From Phenylobacterium sp. (GTDB lineage: Bacteria; Pseudomonadota; Alphaproteobacteria; Caulobacterales; Caulobacteraceae): a DNA stretch of 64,000 bases. Numbering within the stretch: the first letter of the stretch is position 1; every line of letters begins with the position of its first letter. The notes under the pieces were generated by a model, which ran no database searches, was not told the origin of the DNA, and saw only the letters and a program-made list of their open reading frames with translations. The position numbers and the translations under genes are program-made. Below are positions 34,720 to 44,172 of this stretch, one piece after another. The stretch is from NCBI RefSeq assembly GCF_030645195.1, contig NZ_JAUSLW010000111.1, forward strand, positions 1,885-65,884. Direction: 5' to 3'.

Positions 34720-35250
34720 GACCCGCGACCGCGCCGGCAGGAAGCCTGGCGCCCGCAGCAGGGCGGCGCTGACCAGGGCCACCAGCAGGCCCACCGGGAA
34801 GATCTCGATGAAGGTCATGGCCAGGCGGAACAGCGGGTTGGCGTACTGGGCCCGCATCGTCTCCATGTCGGCCACCGCCTTGGCGTAGGCTGGGCCCGTG
34901 ACGCCGGCGGCGCGCTTGGCCTCCAGGATCTGGGCGATGTACTCGTCCATGAACCGGTAGTCGGTGATCGCCAGATAGATCTCCCACACCGCGACATAGG
35001 CCAGCGAGGCGACAACGGCGATGCCGAGCCCCATCAGGAAGGCCGTGCGGAACCTGATGACTCCGCCGAGCGCCTGGTCGCGGTGCTGTCTCACCCCCAC
35101 CAGGATCGAGGACAGGGCCACCAGCATGATGAGGTAGCCCAGCCACACATTGGAATGCGGCGCGCCGCCGTTGAGCGCGATCGTGCCGATGATGCCTGTG
35201 ATGATGATCAGGCCCGAGATCAGGCCGTAGGTCAGGATGGTGCGGGTCAT
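34708..35250 (-). CDS. DUF4199-like membrane protein
   Basis: Four TM segments, GGVIRFRTAFLMG, periplasmic-type loop YFM..Y. Confidence 0.7.
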   Translation of the reverse strand: MTRTILTYGLISGLIIITGIIGTIALNGGAPHSNVWLGYLIMLVALSSILVGVRQHRDQALGGVIRFRTAFLMGLGIAVVASLAYVAVWEIYLAITDYRFMDEYIAQILEAKRAAGVTGPAYAKAVADMETMRAQYANPLFRLAMTFIEIFPVGLLVALVSAALLRAPGFLPARSRVSAA

Positions 35251-35362
35251 GCCGGTTGCTCCTGTGCTGCACGGCTTGGCCATGAGGGTGCTGGGTGGGC
35301 GGGCGTCAGCCTATCGCCCAAAAGGGTGAGATCGTGCGGATCGTTCTTTTGGCGCGACCGTC

Positions 35363-35776
35363 TCACGGCAGCAGATGCAGGTCGCGAGCCTTGCGCACGG
35401 CCTGGGTGCGACGGCTGACCTCCAGCTTGGCGAACAGGTTGGCGGCGTGGGTCTTCACGGTGTTGGGCGAGACCCCCAGGGTGCGGGCGATCTCCTTGTT
35501 CGACTGTCCGGCCGCCAGCCGCTCCAGGACCTTCACCTCCTGGCGGGTGAGGCCGAGGGAGGTCATGGCTGCGGTATTGGGCTCGAAGGGACCCGGCGCG
35601 TGGCGGGCGTTGAGCCTCCAACCCACCCACACCCCGGCCGCGGCGAAGGCCGCCCCGATTAGCGCAACATAGACCTCCAGCGAGAAGGTCCGCGCCAGGA
35701 ACCGATATTCGAGCCACTGCAGGGCGAAGGCGCCGGCGGCGAGGACCAGGGCCCAGAGCAGGACGGTGCGGGTCAT
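35363..35776 (-). CDS. Membrane-anchored LuxR-type HTH regulator (137 aa)
   Basis: Two N-terminal TM helices, then LTRQE..LAAGQSNKEIA..LGVSPNTVKTH. Confidence 0.85.
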   Translation of the reverse strand: MTRTVLLWALVLAAGAFALQWLEYRFLARTFSLEVYVALIGAAFAAAGVWVGWRLNARHAPGPFEPNTAAMTSLGLTRQEVKVLERLAAGQSNKEIARTLGVSPNTVKTHAANLFAKLEVSRRTQAVRKARDLHLLP

Positions 35777-35784
35777 GGGCCGGC

Positions 35785-36528
35785 CTAGGCGTTCGGTCGG
35801 GCCGGGTTGTGGCCGCCGCCGACATAGCCGAGCGCCGCGGCCTCGCGCACCGCCTGGGAGCGGCCCACCACCCGCAGCTTCTGGGCGGCGTTCTTCAGGT
35901 GGAAGCGGACGGTGGGGGCGGAGATGCGCACCAGTTCGCCGATGTCGGCGTCGGTCTTGCCCGCCGCCGCCCACTTCAGGCACTGGATCTCGCGCCGGGT
36001 CAGGCGCGGGGGCCCGGCCTGGGGCGTGGCGCCCCGGGTGTCGTTGTAGGCGGCGATGAATTTCAGGGCCGCGACGTGTAGGCGTGGGGCGTGGGCCTCG
36101 AACAGGGCCTCCACCGGGACCTGCGGGTCCGGAGTCGCCCAGACCACCGCCCCGATCAGGCCGCCCGGCAGGTAGGTCGGTGCGATGATGGCCCCAGCCA
36201 CCCCGTGGTCGCGGGCCGAGCGGTCCACCGTGATGGCGCTGAGCTGGGGGACCGGCCGCCAGGTCGCGAACCGCCCCTCGGTGAAGAAGAAGGGCTCGGC
36301 CACGTAGCGGGCGGCGAGCACGAAGGGGGTGCGCAGGGCGAAGCCCCGGTCCTTCCAATATTCCAGCTTGGGATCGACCCAGCGGAACAGAGTCTCGGCA
36401 TAGGGCCGGCCGTCGGAGCCCAGCACCGGCTCGGGGCTGGAGAAATCGGCGCTGACGGCGATGAAGGGCAGGCCAAGCTCGGCGCCCAGCCGGGCCACCT
36501 CCTGAGCGTAGCCGTCGATCTCGTTCAT
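35785..36528 (-). CDS. LuxR solo regulator with a non-canonical ligand-binding domain
   Basis: C-terminal LTRREIQCLKWAAAGKTDADIG..TVRFHL; N-terminal domain of about 170 aa; no luxI in the window. Confidence 0.85.
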   Translation of the reverse strand: MNEIDGYAQEVARLGAELGLPFIAVSADFSSPEPVLGSDGRPYAETLFRWVDPKLEYWKDRGFALRTPFVLAARYVAEPFFFTEGRFATWRPVPQLSAITVDRSARDHGVAGAIIAPTYLPGGLIGAVVWATPDPQVPVEALFEAHAPRLHVAALKFIAAYNDTRGATPQAGPPRLTRREIQCLKWAAAGKTDADIGELVRISAPTVRFHLKNAAQKLRVVGRSQAVREAAALGYVGGGHNPARPNA

Positions 36529-36551
36529 GGCGGCTCCTCCCCACGGCTAGA

Positions 36552-36597
36552 CTATCACCGACGATAGCTTGTGCGCGTCCTGGGATTTCGCAAGCCT
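36552..36597 (+). promoter_or_regulatory. lux-box-like site plus promoter 1 (acyl-CoA dehydrogenase)
   Basis: CTATC-ACCGAC-GATAG (CT-N12-AG) abutting TTGTGC-N17-AAGCCT. Confidence 0.65.
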
Positions 36598-36634
36598 GCA
36601 GATGCGCGCCGGTTGGGCGCCGGAGACCGCGCCC

Positions 36635-37837
36635 ATGAACCTCGACCTCAGCGACGACGAGATCGCCTTCCAGGGCGAGGTCCGCGCCTTCCTGGCGGAC
36701 TCCCTGACCCCGGAGCTGCGCCAGGCCGGTCGCCGGGCCACCAGCGTCTTCATGGACAAGATCTACAGCCTGGCCTGGCAGAGGATCCTCCACGCCCGCG
36801 GCTGGGCCGCGCCCTCCTGGCCGGTGGAACATGGCGGCCCCGGCTGGGGCGTGATGCAGAAGGCGATCTTCGCCGCCGAGTGCGCGCGGGCAGGCGCGCC
36901 GAGCTTGGCCCCCATGGGCCTGAAGATGGTGGGGCCGGTGATCATGGGCCACGGGACCCCGGAGCAGAAGGCCCACTACCTGCCGCGCATCCTCTCGGGC
37001 GAGGACTACTGGTGCCAGGGCTATTCCGAGCCCCAGGCGGGCTCGGACCTGGCGGCCCTGGCGCTGAGCGCCGTGGCCGACGGCGACGACTATGTGCTGA
37101 ACGGGACCAAGCTGTGGACCACCCACGCGCACTGGGCCAACCGCATGTTCTGCCTGGTCCGCACAAGAACCGACGGCAAGGCCCAGGCCGGGATCACCTT
37201 CCTGCTGCTGGACATGCAGACCCCCGGGATCAGCGTCCAGCCGATCGTCACCCTGGCCGGCGAGCATGAGGTCAATCAGGTCTTCTTCGACCAGGTCCGC
37301 GTGCCCCAGGCCAACCGCATCGGGGCCGAGAACGCCGGCTGGACCGTCGCCAAGTACCTGCTGGAGTTCGAGCGCGGCGGCGGGTCCGGGCCGGGGCTGA
37401 AGGTGGCCTTGGAGGCGGTCACGGCGCTCGCCCGCGCAGAGGCTGGCGACGGCGGGAACCGGCTGATCGACGATCCGGCCTTCCGGTCCAGGCTGGCGCG
37501 GGCGGCCTGCGCCGTCGAGGCCGTGGAGATGACCGAGCATCGGGTGCTGGCGGCCCTGGCGGCGGGGAACAATCCAGGCCCGGCCTCCTCCATGCTGAAG
37601 ACCCAGGGGACCGAGACCCTGCAGATGATCGACGAACTGGCGATGGAGGGCGCCGGCGCCTACGCCGCCGTCGACCAGATCGAGGCCCGCGCCCCGGGAT
37701 CGAACCTCGACTGGGTGGGGCCCGAGCACGCGCTGACGGTCACGGCCCGCTATCTCAACGACCGCGCCGCCTCGATCTATGGCGGCTCGAACGAGATCCA
37801 GCGCGACATCATGGCCCGGCTGGTGCTGGGCCTCTGA
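36635..37837 (+). CDS. Acyl-CoA dehydrogenase
   Basis: WCQGYSEPQAGSDLA, LNGTKLWTT, SIYGGSNEIQR. Confidence 0.93.
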   Translation: MNLDLSDDEIAFQGEVRAFLADSLTPELRQAGRRATSVFMDKIYSLAWQRILHARGWAAPSWPVEHGGPGWGVMQKAIFAAECARAGAPSLAPMGLKMVGPVIMGHGTPEQKAHYLPRILSGEDYWCQGYSEPQAGSDLAALALSAVADGDDYVLNGTKLWTTHAHWANRMFCLVRTRTDGKAQAGITFLLLDMQTPGISVQPIVTLAGEHEVNQVFFDQVRVPQANRIGAENAGWTVAKYLLEFERGGGSGPGLKVALEAVTALARAEAGDGGNRLIDDPAFRSRLARAACAVEAVEMTEHRVLAALAAGNNPGPASSMLKTQGTETLQMIDELAMEGAGAYAAVDQIEARAPGSNLDWVGPEHALTVTARYLNDRAASIYGGSNEIQRDIMARLVLGL

Positions 37838-37857
37838 TCCAGGTTCCGTAAGGGACC

Positions 37858-37903
37858 CTATCAGCTTCGATAGCTTGTGCGCTCACCCGGTCTTCGCGAG
37901 TTT
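37858..37903 (+). promoter_or_regulatory. lux-box-like site plus promoter 2 (TonB receptor-ligase operon)
   Basis: CTATC-AGCTTC-GATAG abutting TTGTGC-N17-GAGTTT; 24 of 40 positions shared with promoter 1. Confidence 0.65.
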
Positions 37904-37960
37904 CGCCAGCATGACGGGACGCCCGGCAGAAGGCGTCCGCACCCTGGGAGGGACAGAGCA

Positions 37961-40393
37961 ATGACCAAGATGCACACGCTGCGCGCCGTGCTGGCTATGA
38001 GTGTTTCGGCGGCCGCCATGGCGGCCCACGCCCCGGCCTTGGCCCAGACCGCGCCGGAAGATGACAACACGGTGGAGACCCTGGTGGTCACCGCCCAGCG
38101 CCGCGAGGAAACGGCCAACACCATCGGCATGGCCATCCAGGCCTTCCGTGGCGAGCAGATGCGCGAACTGCACGTCACCACGGTCAAGGACCTGGCCAGC
38201 GTCGTGCCCAGCTTCAGCGTCTCGCAGAGCTATCAGGGGGTGCCGACCTACACCCTGCGCGGGATCGGCTTCAACACCATCAACCTCTCGGCCACCTCCA
38301 CCGTCGGCACCTATGTCGACGAGGTCGCCTACGCCTATCCGATGATGAACACCGGGCCGCTCATGGACCTGGAGCGCGTCGAGGTGCTCAAGGGGCCCCA
38401 GGGCACCCTCTACGGCCGCAACACCACCGCGGGCCTGATCGACTTCGTCACCAACAAGCCCACCAACAGCTTCGAGGCGGGCCTGACCGCCGAGGTCGGC
38501 AACTACAAGACCCACAATTTCGAGGGCTTCGTCAGCGGGCCCCTGGCCGAGGGCGTCCAGGCGCGCCTGGCCTTCCGCACCGACGACAGCGATGAGGGCT
38601 GGCAGCGCAGCAACACCCGCGGCGAGAAACTGGGCGAGATCCACCGCTACGGCGTCCGCGCCTCGCTCGCCCTGCAGCCCACCGAGGCGCTCAGCATCGA
38701 CGCCTCGCTCACCCTGTGGCGCAACAAGTCCGACACCGTGGCCGCGCAAGGCATCGGCTTCACCCCGGCCACGGCGGCCAGCCCCTTCAACGCCGCGGGC
38801 CTGACCAGCTACATCGCCACCCACATGCCCACAGACGCCACCCAGGCCGACTGGGCGCCCTATGCCCGTCGCGCCACCGACATCGGCACGGGCCTGGGCA
38901 TCGGCGGGCCGCTGCGGGAGAACAACGACTTCACCGGCGTCAAGGTGAAGGTCGCCTACGACATCGGCGAGCACATGCGCCTGGTGTCGCTCACCAACTA
39001 TAACGAGCTCACCCGCGACGCGACCTTCGACTGGAGCGGCGCGCCCTACGAGATCCTGGTCCAGAAGGCGGCCGGCCACATCGAGTCCATCGCCGAGGAA
39101 TTGCACCTCGAGGGCGAGACCGACACGGTGAACTGGCTGGTGGGCCTCTATTATGGCCAGGATACGCTCCTCGACTCCAACCGCACCATGCTGGGCGACA
39201 ACGCCAATGTCGGCACGATCCGGTTCTACACCAACAGCCTGCTGCTCTCGCCGTTCAACTCCGGGGGCTACACCGCCCTGCAGGCCAGCCAGGCCTTCCG
39301 CACCTATCGCGACCAGGGCGACATCGACGTCACGACCCAGAGCGTCTTCGCCAACGCCGACTGGCGGCTGAACGACCAGTTCAAGCTGACCGCCGGCCTG
39401 CGCTACACCAAGGACAAGCAGGACTACGCCGGCTGTTCGCGCGACTTCAACGGCAACATGTTGCCCAACGTCAACATCACCAACCGCTTCCTGTTCTTCG
39501 CGGCCCACGGCCTGGTGGCGCCGATCTCCCAGGGGCAGTGCAACACCTTCAACCCCACCACCCACAGCTTCGGCCTGGTGACCTCCACCATGGACGAGGA
39601 CAACTTCGCCTGGCGGCTGGCCCTGAATTGGACGCCGGATCCCAACCTCCTGGTCTATGGCTCGGTGTCACGCGGGGCCAAGGCCGGGGTCACCCCGATC
39701 AACGCGGCCAACATCTCCACCCAGAACGCGCCGGCCACCCAGGAACTGCTGCTGGCCTACGAGGTGGGCCTCAAGGCCGCCCTCTTCGAGCATCGCGTCC
39801 AGGCCAACGCCTCGCTCTTCTACTACGACTACGAGGACAAGCAGCTCAGCGTCTATTTCGCCGACCCGATCTACACGGCCCTGGCCCGCCTGGCCAACGT
39901 GCCCAAGTCCATGGCCTACGGCCTGGACGGCGACGTCACCTGGCGGATCAATTCCGACTTCACGGCCATCGCCTCGGGCACCTGGCTGCATACCGAGGTG
40001 CAGGACTATGTGGGGATCAATTCGGCGGGCAAGCCGGCGAGCTTCGATGGCGCGCCCTTCCTCTACAGCCCCAAGTTCCAGGGCAGCCTGACCCTGCTCT
40101 ACAAGCACGACCTGAACGACAAGCTGGGGATCCAGGCGGCGGTCAACGGCCGCTACCAGTCCAAGTCCCACGCCGACCTGGAGGGCAATCCGCTGTTCGC
40201 CATCCCGGAATACGGCCTGCTGAACGCCAGCCTCGGCCTGCATTCCAGCGACGACCGCTGGGAGGTCTCGCTTTGGGGCCGCAACCTGACTGACGAATAT
40301 TACTGGTCGGCGGTCAGCAGCAACGCCAACGTGGTGGTGCGCTTCCCCGGTCAGACCCGGACCTTCGGCGCCTCCTTCACCGTCAAGTACTAG
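37961..40393 (+). CDS. TonB-dependent receptor
   Basis: ETLVVTAQRR, LERVEVLKGPQGTLYGRN, C-terminal VKY. Confidence 0.95.
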   Translation: MTKMHTLRAVLAMSVSAAAMAAHAPALAQTAPEDDNTVETLVVTAQRREETANTIGMAIQAFRGEQMRELHVTTVKDLASVVPSFSVSQSYQGVPTYTLRGIGFNTINLSATSTVGTYVDEVAYAYPMMNTGPLMDLERVEVLKGPQGTLYGRNTTAGLIDFVTNKPTNSFEAGLTAEVGNYKTHNFEGFVSGPLAEGVQARLAFRTDDSDEGWQRSNTRGEKLGEIHRYGVRASLALQPTEALSIDASLTLWRNKSDTVAAQGIGFTPATAASPFNAAGLTSYIATHMPTDATQADWAPYARRATDIGTGLGIGGPLRENNDFTGVKVKVAYDIGEHMRLVSLTNYNELTRDATFDWSGAPYEILVQKAAGHIESIAEELHLEGETDTVNWLVGLYYGQDTLLDSNRTMLGDNANVGTIRFYTNSLLLSPFNSGGYTALQASQAFRTYRDQGDIDVTTQSVFANADWRLNDQFKLTAGLRYTKDKQDYAGCSRDFNGNMLPNVNITNRFLFFAAHGLVAPISQGQCNTFNPTTHSFGLVTSTMDEDNFAWRLALNWTPDPNLLVYGSVSRGAKAGVTPINAANISTQNAPATQELLLAYEVGLKAALFEHRVQANASLFYYDYEDKQLSVYFADPIYTALARLANVPKSMAYGLDGDVTWRINSDFTAIASGTWLHTEVQDYVGINSAGKPASFDGAPFLYSPKFQGSLTLLYKHDLNDKLGIQAAVNGRYQSKSHADLEGNPLFAIPEYGLLNASLGLHSSDDRWEVSLWGRNLTDEYYWSAVSSNANVVVRFPGQTRTFGASFTVKY

Positions 40394-40403
40394 GGACCAG
40401 CGT

Positions 40404-42011
40404 ATGAGTGTTGCGGAACCGGTCGCCGCCGTCGATTTCGACCAGATGCCCACCCTGGGGGACATCCCGCGCTACCACGCGCGGGAGCGTCCCTCGGCGA
40501 CGGCTCTGGTGTTCGAGGGGCGGGAGACCGACTTCGCCACATTCGAGCGCCGCACCAACCAGGCCGCCAACGCCCTGATTGCCCAGGGGGTCCGCAAGGG
40601 CCAGCGGATCGCCTATGTGGGCAAGAACAGCGACCACTATTTCGAGCTGCTGTTCGGGGCGGCCAAGATGGGGGCGGTGATGACCCCCATCGGCTGGCGG
40701 CTGGCGCCGCCGGAAATGGCCTACATCCTGGGGGACTCCGGCGCGCCGGTGGTCTTCATCGGCCCGGAGGTGATGGACCAGGCGCCGGCCATTCTCGAGG
40801 GCCTGGATCCCGCCCCGGCCGTCATCGCCATGGAGGCCGCCAACGCCGGTGGCGCTTCGGTCTATGAGGCCTGGCGCGACGCCGCGCCCGACACCGACCC
40901 GGGCGTCGTCATCGCCCCCTCCGACGTGGCGGTCCAGCTCTACACCTCGGGCACCACCGGCCGGCCCAAGGGGGCCATGCTGTCCCACGACAACATCCTG
41001 TCGGGCCGTCGCCGCTCGGCCGAGGCCAACATGCCCTGGAACAGCTGGGGGCCCGACGACGTCAGCCTGGTGGCCATGCCGGTGGGCCATATCGGCGGCA
41101 CCGGTTGGGGGATCGTAGGCCTCTACAACGGCGCCAAGGGCGTCGTGGCCCGCGAGTTCGACCCCTTCAAGGTGCTGGACTTCATCGAGGGTGAGCGCAT
41201 CTCCAAGATGTTCATGGTGCCGGCCGCCCTGCAGATCGTGGTGCGCCAGCCCCGGGCCCGCGAGGTCGACTTCAGCCGGCTGAAATACATCCTCTACGGC
41301 GCATCGCCGATCCCGCTGGATCTGCTGCGGGAGTGCATGGAGGTGTTCGGCTGCGGCTTCTGCCAGCAGTACGGCATGACCGAGACCTGCGGCACCATCG
41401 TCTACCTGCCGCCGGAGGATCACGACCCGGCCGGCAACGCCCGCATGCGCGCCGCCGGCCTGCCCATGCCCGGCGTGGAGCTGAAGATCATCGACGAGGC
41501 CGGGGCGAGCCTGCCGGCCAATACGGTGGGGGAGGTGGCCATCCGCTCCAGCTCCAACATGGCCGGCTACTGGCGCCTGCCCGAGGCCACCGCCGCCACG
41601 GTGGGCGCCGACGGCTGGCTGCGCTCGGGCGACGCGGGCTATCTGGACGAGGCCGGCTACCTCTTCATCCACGACCGGGTGAAGGACATGATCATCTCCG
41701 GGGCCGAGAACATCTATCCCGCCGAGGTGGAGAGCGCCGTCTACGGCCATCCGGACGTGGCCGAGGTGGCGGTGATCGGGGTGCCCGACGACACCTGGGG
41801 CGAGGCGGTCAAGGCGGTGGTGGCGCTGAAGCCCGGCGCGACCCCCGATCCGGCCGGCATCATCGCCTTCGCCCGCACCCGTATCGCCGCCTTCAAGGCG
41901 CCCAAGACCGTCGACTTCATCGAGGCCTTGCCCCGCAACGCCTCGGGCAAGATCCTGCGCCGCGAACTGCGCGAGCCCTATTGGGCTGGCCGCGCACGCC
42001 GAGTGAACTAG
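40404..42011 (+). CDS. Long-chain fatty acid-CoA ligase family protein
   Basis: [35 protein letters not shown]. Confidence 0.93.
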   Translation: MSVAEPVAAVDFDQMPTLGDIPRYHARERPSATALVFEGRETDFATFERRTNQAANALIAQGVRKGQRIAYVGKNSDHYFELLFGAAKMGAVMTPIGWRLAPPEMAYILGDSGAPVVFIGPEVMDQAPAILEGLDPAPAVIAMEAANAGGASVYEAWRDAAPDTDPGVVIAPSDVAVQLYTSGTTGRPKGAMLSHDNILSGRRRSAEANMPWNSWGPDDVSLVAMPVGHIGGTGWGIVGLYNGAKGVVAREFDPFKVLDFIEGERISKMFMVPAALQIVVRQPRAREVDFSRLKYILYGASPIPLDLLRECMEVFGCGFCQQYGMTETCGTIVYLPPEDHDPAGNARMRAAGLPMPGVELKIIDEAGASLPANTVGEVAIRSSSNMAGYWRLPEATAATVGADGWLRSGDAGYLDEAGYLFIHDRVKDMIISGAENIYPAEVESAVYGHPDVAEVAVIGVPDDTWGEAVKAVVALKPGATPDPAGIIAFARTRIAAFKAPKTVDFIEALPRNASGKILRRELREPYWAGRARRVN

Positions 42012-42042
42012 AATAGCGCCGAGAGTGAGAGAGGCCCCAGCC

Positions 42043-42429
42043 ATGACCGTCAGCCTTCGCCGCCCGCCCACCACCCTGACCATCGGCCAGCTGTGCCGTG
42101 AGTTCGAGGTGACCCCCCGGACCCTGCGCTATTACGAGGAGCAGGGCTTGCTGGAGCCGGCCCGCCGCGATCAGCAGCGGATCTATTCCCGCCGCGACCG
42201 CGCCCGGTTGCAGCTAATCCTCCGCGGCCGCCGGGTGGGCCTGTCGCTCGCCCAGATCCGCCAGGTGCTGGACCTGCACAATCCCGAGGACGGCGACGCG
42301 GTCCAGAACGCCGTGGCCCTGCGCGCCTTCCAGCAACGGATCGCCGCCCTGGAGCAGCAGCGCGCCGAGGTGATCGGCGCCATCGAGAGCCTGCAGGCCG
42401 CCTGCGAACGCCTGGAGGCGCGGCTCTAG
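42043..42429 (+). CDS. MerR family regulator (LiuR-like)
   Basis: TIGQLCREFEVTPRTLRYYEEQGLL..R..Y HTH plus a coiled coil. Confidence 0.9.
   Translation: MTVSLRRPPTTLTIGQLCREFEVTPRTLRYYEEQGLLEPARRDQQRIYSRRDRARLQLILRGRRVGLSLAQIRQVLDLHNPEDGDAVQNAVALRAFQQRIAALEQQRAEVIGAIESLQAACERLEARL
42368..42429 (+). repeat. Left direct repeat (merR 3' end)
   Basis: 60/62 identical to 44173-44234; weaker similarity extends back to 42323. Confidence 0.95.
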
Positions 42430-42469
42430 CGGCGATTCCGGCCGCGCCAGGCCGTCTCGGCGCCTTTCG

Positions 42470-43732
42470 CTACGTCCCGGGCAGGAAGCGGCCCCAGACC
42501 TGATCGTGGGCCTGGGAGATCATCTGGGTCGATGCGGACGTGACCCCGGCCTCGGCGGCGAACCGCCGCCAGTCTGCGACCGCGGCTCGGACGTTCCCGA
42601 CAATGGATTGGATGTCGCGCAGCGCCAGACCGTGTCGTGCGCCAAGGCGGGTGACATGGTCCAGGGTCGGATCCCGCCCCTCGCCCTCAATGTCCATGTA
42701 ATGCTCGCCGCCGGGCCCCGGGGCATAGGTTAGGTCATAGGCCGGCGCGAGGCGCCAATCGCCCTGCGGCGTCATGATGAAGCTGTGCTGCCGGGTATGG
42801 TCGTCGCGATTACAGGCGACGACATTGAAGACCATTCGCCGAAAGGCCGCTGTCACGTCCTGCGCATGCCGCGTGATCGCCGAAGTCGCACGCAGGAAGG
42901 TGTCGTAGCTGGTCGAAGGCCGCCACGGCGGCGTCTCCAGGGCGCCAGCGAGCGAGACCATATGCAGTCGCAGGCCTTGCCCTGGCCGATCAAAGCGCCG
43001 AGTGGCGAAGAAGCCGGGGCCGGTCTTCGCTGGCAACAGGCGATGCTCACTCAAGGTCAGCCCCGCGGCCTGGGCCATGGCGGCATAGGCTTCCTCGATA
43101 GGGCCGATATCGTGCGGGTCGTTTGGGGCGGGGAATTTCACGATCCACGCCTCATCTTCGGTGGCGACCTCGCCCTGGGAAATTGACACCCCGCCCTGGC
43201 GATCGAACCCGACATGCACCTTGGGGCGCGCTCCCCCCGAGGCGCCGGCTAGGCCTGCGAGCGTGTCTGCGAGCTGGTCTTCTTCCCCCTTGAGAATCTC
43301 CGCCGAAGCCTGAGCCAGTTCGTCGAGATCGAGACCTGCAACATCACCGTCTGGCGCCGTCGAGGGCTCGAAGACGAGGGCGCCACGCCCTTGGCGCCCC
43401 ACCAGGGCCAGCCGCTCAAGGACTGAGAGATCTTCCATCCGGACACCGAGCTTGCCCAAGCGACGGCGCATCAGCAAATGGCCCCAGCCTTCCGGGAGGC
43501 TGTCGGCCAGGAAGCCGTGAAGCCCATCGAACTCGCGACTGCGCGCCGCATGGAGGCCCGGTTCGGGCGGATAGAGCAGAGGATCGATGTTAAGCCGCGC
43601 GGCGATCAGGTCCGGGGCCCATTCCAGTTGGGCGACGCCAGAGGCCATTGCCAGGCGGCCGACGGATCGCGGCGCCTTGGCTTCATCGAAGGCGAGCGCC
43701 ACCGTGAGCGGGGCGCCGGGCGCAAGTTTCAT
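42470..43732 (-). CDS. hipA: HipA-family kinase toxin
   Basis: FLADSLPEGWG, GASGGARPK P-loop, NRDDH catalytic motif, LAPAYD. Confidence 0.92.
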   Translation of the reverse strand: MKLAPGAPLTVALAFDEAKAPRSVGRLAMASGVAQLEWAPDLIAARLNIDPLLYPPEPGLHAARSREFDGLHGFLADSLPEGWGHLLMRRRLGKLGVRMEDLSVLERLALVGRQGRGALVFEPSTAPDGDVAGLDLDELAQASAEILKGEEDQLADTLAGLAGASGGARPKVHVGFDRQGGVSISQGEVATEDEAWIVKFPAPNDPHDIGPIEEAYAAMAQAAGLTLSEHRLLPAKTGPGFFATRRFDRPGQGLRLHMVSLAGALETPPWRPSTSYDTFLRATSAITRHAQDVTAAFRRMVFNVVACNRDDHTRQHSFIMTPQGDWRLAPAYDLTYAPGPGGEHYMDIEGEGRDPTLDHVTRLGARHGLALRDIQSIVGNVRAAVADWRRFAAEAGVTSASTQMISQAHDQVWGRFLPGT

Positions 43733-44061
43733 GGCCGACGCGCCGGCGTGGTCGTCGTGCGTCCGCCACGGGCTCGCGAGGCGGACGCAAAGGCGGTGGC
43801 CTGCCCCTTGAGGAGGTCGTCGAGGCTTGACGCCACGGGCGGGGGAAACAGGCCTTCGAGGCCCTCTTCGCACCTCAGCGCAATTGCGGCCTTCACGAGG
43901 TCTTCGATTGAGGCCCCGCCTTCGCGTTCCAGGCGCCGCCAGGTTCTATAGGCGACACCCGCCCGCAGAGCGGCTTGCTGTTGGGTGAGACCCATCCCCA
44001 GGCGCCGGATCTTGATCTGGTCGCCCAGAGCTCGCAGAAGTTCAGATGGCGTCCGCAACAT
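43729..44061 (-). CDS. XRE-HTH antitoxin (HipB-like)
   Basis: LGLTQQQAALRAGVAYRTWRRLEREG HTH; ATGA overlap with hipA. Confidence 0.85.
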   Translation of the reverse strand: MLRTPSELLRALGDQIKIRRLGMGLTQQQAALRAGVAYRTWRRLEREGGASIEDLVKAAIALRCEEGLEGLFPPPVASSLDDLLKGQATAFASASRARGGRTTTTPARRP

Positions 44062-44062
44062 T

Positions 44063-44117
44063 GTCCATATGTGGACGCAAAGGGACGAAATGGCAAGATA
44101 AACGGCCTCATATGGCC
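44063..44117 (-). promoter_or_regulatory. Two related operator palindromes upstream of the antitoxin
   Basis: GTCCA-TATG-TGGAC (44063-44076) and GGCC-TCATAT-GGCC (44104-44117), 11/14 alike; TTGCCA between them on the minus strand. Confidence 0.55.
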
Positions 44118-44172
44118 GATCGATTTGCGCCCTCCAGCGCCGGATCGCCGTCCCCGCAGCCGCCGCGCGAGA

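Noticed and set aside
35363-37729. 788-aa ORF ending in a LuxR HTH, suggesting a large fusion protein
   Set aside because: Only the last 137 codons (from ATG 35776) look like protein. The rest is shadow frame over the LuxR solo and the acyl-CoA dehydrogenase.
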